DNA of 64,000 nucleotides from an archaeon (GTDB lineage Archaea; Iainarchaeota; Iainarchaeia; Iainarchaeales; DTGL01): NCBI GenBank assembly GCA_029258755.1, contig JAPDKC010000027.1, positions 3,435 to 67,434 of the forward strand, read 5' to 3'. Shown piece by piece: positions 59,101 to 64,000 of this stretch (position 1 is its first letter; each line of letters starts with the position of its first letter). The notes under the pieces were generated by a model. It saw only the letters and a program-made list of their open reading frames with translations, ran no database searches and was not told where the DNA came from. The position numbers and the translations under genes were made by a program.

Positions 59101-62100
59101 ATCGAGGATCGCCCATACAAAGCGTTACATATACGTCTATCCCACACGCACTTGCATCTATTTCAAAGCTTGTTTCGTCTTCTTCAGGAGCAAGCTCGAT
59201 ATCTTTAGGATACTTTAAGCAATCATCCAAATTGATTATCAATATGTTTCCATTTATGCTGCTGTCCGCTCCAACAAATTTAAGACCAGCATCAGTCCTC
59301 ACCTGCCCATCTATATATATGGTGAACTTGGCGGTTTCGCCCAGATAACCTGTTTTTGGCGTAAACGTAAGGATTGCCTGGTAGGTAGCATAATCAGCAT
59401 GCTTAAAAGAATCCAAAAGTTTAATCCAATGGCCAGGACGTAGCACTTGGCTTATAGTCGTTCCATCTGGAGCTATAATAGTAAGTTCAAGCACGCCTGC
59501 TTTTTTCGATTCGCTTTGCCATTCGAGTTTTACTTGCATGTTCTCCAGATTAATTCTTTGCTCACCTTTCATACATACATTGCTTATTTCAAACTCTGTC
59601 TTAGCGGTATTTTCAACGGTTGTTACATTCCATTCAGGAATATCGGGCCCAGATAGAACAATGCAGGGTGAGTTCTCAGGTAAGCCGCCTAAACTAATAT
59701 CCACAGTTAGCGGCACAGCAGCAACATATTCAAAGCCATAAAGTGGATTTGTTAGTGTAATCTCAACATTGCCGCTTACAGTTTCACTTCCTTCAAGTAG
59801 GCTAGCGGCGTTGAATGAAAGCACGCTCTTTATAGTAGCTTCTAATGTTTCATTAGGAGCTATTATTAAACCCTCGCTTGTGCTAGCATATGCTTGCATT
59901 GCTTCTTCATTGAGAAGACCTTTGAAGTTTCCTTTTATATCAATACTTTTAATCATAAGTTCTGTGCCAGTTAAATTCTCTATTGTCAGCAAAAGTGTTT
60001 CTTCAGTTTTGACTGTAGTATCTAAGGAGGAGAACAAGGCCTCTGGCACAACAGATACGATGTTAGAGTCTACGAAGAGTTCCAAGGTAGCTGGCAGATA
60101 ACCAAGCTTAGAAACTTCTATAGTTAGCTTAGTTTCAGGGTATGATTCTGGAATTTCAAATTCAGCAAGCCCTTCTGAATCAGAATACTTTTGAAACACG
60201 TGCCTTACATTGTCAGGAGTTTCTCTTATGACTCTAACCAAAGCGTTGCTTATGCTGGCGCCTTCAGAATCGCTAACGAATACTCTTAAAGTGTGCTTCT
60301 TGAAAGGTATGAATCTTTCGGGTTCCACGTTAATAACTAAAGCATCATTCGAATATACAATAAATTCTACAAGCTTCGAGAAAACAACTTTTTTGTCAGC
60401 CACTATAAGAATTTGTATTGCTGTTGTGGTTTCCTTCTTGGCTTCGAATTCAATATTTGCGCTGATCTCTTTTGCATAAGTGAAGCTTTCTATATTTTCT
60501 ATGGTAAATTCTGAACCTGAAGGTTCTAATTCTATTATTTTTCCTGTAGGATCCTCAAATATTACACGCTTAAAAAGCAATGCATCATCTGTCTTGTTAT
60601 TGGTGACATTCTTTACTACTAGCTTTATTTCTTCATAATCCTTTGGCGAATTATTCATTATATCAAATAGGAAATTGTAGTCAGCGAAGATAACTAAGGA
60701 ATATGGCTTCTCAAGGAATATATCTTCTTGCTTGCTATAAAGCCATCCGCCCTTATAACAGAATGCCTCTGCGCAGAGCGGCTCTGAACCCTCGAAATAT
60801 GTTAGAGAGTAGCATTCAGCGTACAAACCATCTTTTGTTGCAGTATTTTCTCGCTCTCCTAATTCTTCATCGAAAGGTTCTCTAATGTATTTCCCTTCTT
60901 TGACACTATAGCTTCTATAGTAAAAGTTCAGTTGAGTTTTTGGAAAGACACCCTTTTTTATTTTCACTGCTATTGAAACCTTGTAAGTCCCACTTTTTGG
61001 CTTAATCCATTCAAGTGTAACCCATTTTGCATTCTCATTTGTTAACTCTTCCAACCCTTGGCCTTTTTTTGGCCTGTACGTTTTTCCTTTAACAATAACA
61101 TCTGCTGTTGCCTTTATATCTTTTATATACATAGGCTCGAATTCAATACTATTGTTATCTCCCACGCGGAAATGGAAACCAGCTTTATCCAACTCGTTGT
61201 TGTCAGGGAATATAAGGTTGAACCTAAACTCGTACTCATTGTTGGCGCGAAGCGATTCTGCTTTTGCATCGCCTTGAAAAACGCCCAAAAATTCTATAAC
61301 CGGCTTTCTCACTTCGCCAATTTTTCGCATTAGTGCATTTATCTCATAGGTTTGATCAGGCCATAATGAGATTATTTCGCTCTCATAGCTTAGATAACCT
61401 TCTTTGCTTACAACAACGTATATCTTTTTGTCTGCTTTCAGCTTATAGGTATAAGTTCCGTCAACCATAGGTATCTTTCCATTAGATACAGAGCTATGGT
61501 CAGTAGCTGAAAATACTTCGAAGTAGCTCTCTTCTAGCAGTGTGCCATCTGTTCTTAAAGCTTTTATTTCTAAAGTGCTTTCTCCAATATGCATAATAAC
61601 TTCGAAATAGTTTTCCTCATCCACCTTGATTTTCTTTGCTTGATCAGCTGAGCCGCCAGTTGCAGGATATTTTATCGCATATGCATAAATAGGCTCTTCT
61701 ATAGAGTCTAAATAGAAGATAGCAATGCCATTGGCATCAGTTAACTTATAGTTTTGTTCCGAGTTTAATTCCACAATAGATTCTGTTTCTTTGTAGCGAA
61801 ACATAACTTTAGCATCTTTTACTGGTTTACCATCCTCATCAATAACTTTTACTATGGTTTTTCCGCTATTTTCTGCCGTGATCTTTTCTAGCTCGATAGT
61901 TAGCGTTCCATTCAAATCGCTTTCGTTGAGATCTATGCGCTTAGCAAAGTATCCCTTATTTACGTCACCTTCTTTCTTTGCAAGTATGGAGTAGGGTTTT
62001 AGGTAATAGAAGGCAAATTCCACAAAGCCATTAGAATCAGTTCTTCTCTCATCAATAGTTTGTTCGTCTTCTAAGAGTTTCACTATAGCACCTTCAATAG

Positions 62101-63097
62101 GTGCTTTGCTGTCTTTATCAATAACCTTCACTTTTAGAATAGCTTTAATATTTCTCTTCATTTCTATTGTTACTTCGGTTGTTTGTTTGCTATAAACCTC
62201 TGCCAGTTTGCTTGCAGGAGCGTAATCATTGTCAGGATCGCTCACATAGATACGGTAGGTTCCTACTACAAGATTTCTAAAGTCAACTATCCCATAGCCA
62301 GCGGTGCTTTTATATTCGCGCTCGCCTTCGCGCTCTATAAATACCTTTATATCCTTGTTTAGAATAAGGTTTTGCTCCTCATCAACAACCCTCACGCGCA
62401 AGTTTCCTTTAGGCGGTTCTATCTTTTTGAAGAATAATACGATTTCGCTTCCTTGCATGTGAATTGATTCTTGCCTTTCGTAGCCCTCTATTTCAGCATC
62501 TATTTTAATTGTTCCGCAGTTTAGAGGCAGCGTTACCTCTATTATTCCGTCCATGTCTGTGTCTTCCTCATACCAAGGAGGAATCGCTTTATTTGCACAA
62601 GTGATTTTTGCCCTTATTTTTTTCCCCCGTATAAGGCCTTTTTCGTCCTCAAAACGTATAACGCGTTTTTCAAGCGGCTTTGCCTTACCTTTAAGCACTA
62701 TCGTTTCAGAGCGACCTTCTTCACCAATAAAAAATGTTTTTTCAACGCTTTCATAATTAGGGTTATCTACAGAGATCACAATCTCGGAATTCTGAGTTAC
62801 CCTAAGTCTTATCGAACCGTCGGATTTTGTAATCTTTTTAATAGTGTTGCCATCGATAGTAACGCTTACTTCCAAATCGCTTATAGGATTTCCTTTCTCA
62901 TCTTTAAAGAATACGGTAAATGTCACTTCTTTTGGTCCTTCTGGTTTTGGGAGCAAGAACAGAAAATAGATTAGCAACGCGATGATTGCAGCGAGCAGAA
63001 GCATTACTGGGGGAAAGCCGATCTTTTCCTCAAGATCATAGTAACCTTCTTTAATAGTTTCTACAAAGTCCCTTAGGTTGTCCTTTATAGACATCAC
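56123..63097 (-). CDS. Giant surface protein (2324 aa) with N-terminal signal-anchor TM and multiple transthyretin/carboxypeptidase-regulatory-like repeats
   Basis: Single 6975-nt ORF. TM at residues ~31-50. Repeated V.V.D..G.PI..A.V......TD.NG...F modules (e.g. VKVIDKDSKAPIEGAIVKLL...DSNGFVEFAF). C-terminal ~450 aa paralogous to the upstream partial ORF. Confidence 0.8.
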   Translation of the reverse strand: MMSIKDNLRDFVETIKEGYYDLEEKIGFPPVMLLLAAIIALLIYFLFLLPKPEGPKEVTFTVFFKDEKGNPISDLEVSVTIDGNTIKKITKSDGSIRLRVTQNSEIVISVDNPNYESVEKTFFIGEEGRSETIVLKGKAKPLEKRVIRFEDEKGLIRGKKIRAKITCANKAIPPWYEEDTDMDGIIEVTLPLNCGTIKIDAEIEGYERQESIHMQGSEIVLFFKKIEPPKGNLRVRVVDEEQNLILNKDIKVFIEREGEREYKSTAGYGIVDFRNLVVGTYRIYVSDPDNDYAPASKLAEVYSKQTTEVTIEMKRNIKAILKVKVIDKDSKAPIEGAIVKLLEDEQTIDERRTDSNGFVEFAFYYLKPYSILAKKEGDVNKGYFAKRIDLNESDLNGTLTIELEKITAENSGKTIVKVIDEDGKPVKDAKVMFRYKETESIVELNSEQNYKLTDANGIAIFYLDSIEEPIYAYAIKYPATGGSADQAKKIKVDEENYFEVIMHIGESTLEIKALRTDGTLLEESYFEVFSATDHSSVSNGKIPMVDGTYTYKLKADKKIYVVVSKEGYLSYESEIISLWPDQTYEINALMRKIGEVRKPVIEFLGVFQGDAKAESLRANNEYEFRFNLIFPDNNELDKAGFHFRVGDNNSIEFEPMYIKDIKATADVIVKGKTYRPKKGQGLEELTNENAKWVTLEWIKPKSGTYKVSIAVKIKKGVFPKTQLNFYYRSYSVKEGKYIREPFDEELGERENTATKDGLYAECYSLTYFEGSEPLCAEAFCYKGGWLYSKQEDIFLEKPYSLVIFADYNFLFDIMNNSPKDYEEIKLVVKNVTNNKTDDALLFKRVIFEDPTGKIIELEPSGSEFTIENIESFTYAKEISANIEFEAKKETTTAIQILIVADKKVVFSKLVEFIVYSNDALVINVEPERFIPFKKHTLRVFVSDSEGASISNALVRVIRETPDNVRHVFQKYSDSEGLAEFEIPESYPETKLTIEVSKLGYLPATLELFVDSNIVSVVPEALFSSLDTTVKTEETLLLTIENLTGTELMIKSIDIKGNFKGLLNEEAMQAYASTSEGLIIAPNETLEATIKSVLSFNAASLLEGSETVSGNVEITLTNPLYGFEYVAAVPLTVDISLGGLPENSPCIVLSGPDIPEWNVTTVENTAKTEFEISNVCMKGEQRINLENMQVKLEWQSESKKAGVLELTIIAPDGTTISQVLRPGHWIKLLDSFKHADYATYQAILTFTPKTGYLGETAKFTIYIDGQVRTDAGLKFVGADSSINGNILIINLDDCLKYPKDIELAPEEDETSFEIDASACGIDVYVTLCMGDPRCTGGTKEGGITFLPKDELKLTRNNPKETVTIYREEIPGLYGMTLHARTPQTSYRKIDTIDVLIRPKETAYFELKRYEFTLSKEANWQDSTELKNKMLLETIQITSTLCTKCKNPKKLPAYCILNKALEQSVGPKSAIDNPSLLLNAVLGAPTFYNAVLDIATKLSLEFTIGSFTCGPPCIAIGVTIITAFVIWSIATAGPACDTTQATFPFQDYVIYLPEDLKSLELKYVPFLVKLGSGEETTTYSDNSQTIPIEFKNSTQEEYIEPKYGILEIKAIEHIHGDPLHKEARMSRDKADFSNFNVPDTETRIYTQKFHLKFNTKQVLDIEMPELSDAYTCVSGTRIGITGEKALPKIKLDWSWQAIEWNSCDADNNKGIYCDATQFSIALSKRLHMLDEFFRANNYHLDCPTNPYENAINGFVERFNEKAVHSVEEGKIGLSKIEYALNEDASSVNIKVFVENKTSDEQNVKVRIALKSGEVYTEECLKEITVDEDSNTSINCEFTNLVKSSTPYIASALIAEPESSEVVDTSSVAIAFMFAESKAACWLPYSTRIIEGRPALMYFIDRSIPNWQDYINVEELEWPEWWPGSTVQEKIDFLKRLIEFKALLIKDGYSADFRKDFAEYYAKQTFFKVPDWFTNSDGLYVYFASQDRLKFMDKHTGSSLLSGPGTYEVFLNIDFNDSFRLFKEGKPNAKIEVLFSKLSDPYPNSIFYYWPIDGYVGLESDNGRQGYGSNYVNQNEEIVITSEFGEIKTETITAANPVITMETIKEESLAYINGSPATRGNILELELIGNKSMLRFSSNIATPIIIKVRGEKGKKVKAEYALLTGDTPIAPTASIAYWNGLGQCLDFSGVPVIEAFSYYPDEKLSDTTYGLLWDSAQYSGDVYLSSIIFVPSGDSYAIKAMSDNVRFLTPNSAELDVAELSGLQKETVRSIADVLKLVEDEKVCVTSSGGKTTFWWNPKWLLETKGSVLSIKEFEKSLKDKCISYGS

Positions 63098-63104
63098 TAA
63101 ACAC

Positions 63105-64000
63105 CTAACTTGCTTGGCCTATGCATTGCGCAGGTACGCTTTCAATCACGTTTGCTAATGTAGAATCTATGATTTCCTTAGGATTCCAGAAGAACGTTGC
63201 TTTAACGCTATTGCCAACACCTGCAACGCAAACCTTGCCTTCTTTCACAAGCTCGAGTACTTTCTCTACGGAAGTTATTTCAGTACCTGTAACACCTGAA
63301 AGTGAGACCTGCTTTCCTGTCTCGTTAGGTGTTATGAACACAGCATCATCAACTGCTTCAACCATTTCAAGAATACTTGTGCTTTTTATAGGGGTAAAGA
63401 ACACTGTCTTGAGGAAAACGTTGCCTTTCCTCTTAACATCGCACCATTCTAAACCATATTGGTGTGTATCAAACCTGCCAGCACATTTGGTTCTGCCAAC
63501 ACCACCTCTTATATCGCGCCTACTATCAAATGCTTCTGTAACTTCCTTATCGCTGAAGTCCCTGCAACCTTTGCCAATTCCTGTCCAGGTTGTCAAATAG
63601 CTTGATGCTTGCTGTGGCTGTCCATCAACCGTTACCTGGTAGAACGCATACGCTTTATTCCTTTCACCGCCAGCGATCCTTAATATTACAGGTGTTGCTC
63701 TGCTTGGGCTAAACACCATGTGCGTTTCTTCAGAGCCTCTGTCAATAGCTAATATAACACCGCGCATATCGTTGTTTAATGTCTTAAAGTTCTGTACCTC
63801 CTTTGCGTATAGCCAGCCACCTGGAATGGGTGTCGAGCCAGCTATTGTTGTTGTTCTAACAGCATGCGTTACATCTTCATTTATAAATATACTTTGCTCA
63901 GATTCTTGCCTGAAGTTTATGCCATAGCCCTGCCTTCCGTTCTCGCTATCTACGCCTATTAGGCCGTCAAATGGCAAATGATAGAACACAGAATCTGGCT
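63105..64000 (-). CDS. C-terminal end of a second large surface protein (continues beyond window)
   Basis: No start within the window. Last ~290 aa align with the C-terminal domain of the 2324-aa protein (DGxxGxxSxNGRQGYG, FxTPN, KVCV, FWNPK). Confidence 0.7.
   Translation of the reverse strand, partial: PDSVFYHLPFDGLIGVDSENGRQGYGINFRQESEQSIFINEDVTHAVRTTTIAGSTPIPGGWLYAKEVQNFKTLNNDMRGVILAIDRGSEETHMVFSPSRATPVILRIAGGERNKAYAFYQVTVDGQPQQASSYLTTWTGIGKGCRDFSDKEVTEAFDSRRDIRGGVGRTKCAGRFDTHQYGLEWCDVKRKGNVFLKTVFFTPIKSTSILEMVEAVDDAVFITPNETGKQVSLSGVTGTEITSVEKVLELVKEGKVCVAGVGNSVKATFFWNPKEIIDSTLANVIESVPAQCIGQAS

Overview
This looks like an archaeal chromosomal segment, judged from split rpoA'/A'' and rpoB'/B'', aEF-2/aEF-1alpha, L30e, archaeal KH-type NusA, intron-containing tRNA-Tyr and a G-1-encoded tRNA-His. 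It is AT-rich and compact and carries giant surface proteins, which is compatible with a small-genome (DPANN-like) archaeon, though that placement is only inference.

Positions 1-13.8 kb hold the conserved minus-strand cluster rpoH-rpoB''-rpoB'-rpoA'-rpoA''-L30e-NusA-S12-S7-EF2-EF1alpha-S10, followed by MscS and MgtC genes.

Positions ~15.4-25.2 kb form a visibly more AT-rich island. It encodes a Cys/Tyr/Ser/Arg-rich membrane-anchored secreted protein, a restriction-modification/type-IV-like defense locus and a tyrosine integrase with three ORFans.

- The defense locus consists of a PD-(D/E)xK-like nuclease candidate convergent with an 800-aa DUF1156-type DNA methyltransferase, a small coupled ORF, and a DUF262-HNH GmrSD-like nuclease.
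- The integrase and ORFans are possibly bounded by imperfect ~25-bp direct repeats.

Positions 25.2-28.8 kb hold a Cdc48-AAA / 2x Hsp20 operon with a divergent wHTH regulator, a Phr-like heat-shock module.

The remainder contains eight minus-strand tRNA genes (Tyr with intron, Thr x2, Glu, Met, His, Leu, Arg) and housekeeping genes (HisRS next to tRNA-His, TrkA/TrkH, MetAP, family-B DNA polymerase, LemA-HtpX, GT2, gamma-CA, class II aldolase, RpiA-like, transporters).

The most novel-looking elements are:
- a tandem array of four paralogous ~200-aa proteins with a JAMM-like HTHP...S/TxxD motif, one carrying a frameshift in an A-run (34.8-37.4 kb);
- a 2324-aa giant surface protein with transthyretin-like repeats, followed upstream by a second giant gene sharing a paralogous C-terminal domain, and downstream by five small membrane-protein genes, two of which have prepilin-like N-termini (54.3-64.0 kb).

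No CRISPR array or rRNA was found.
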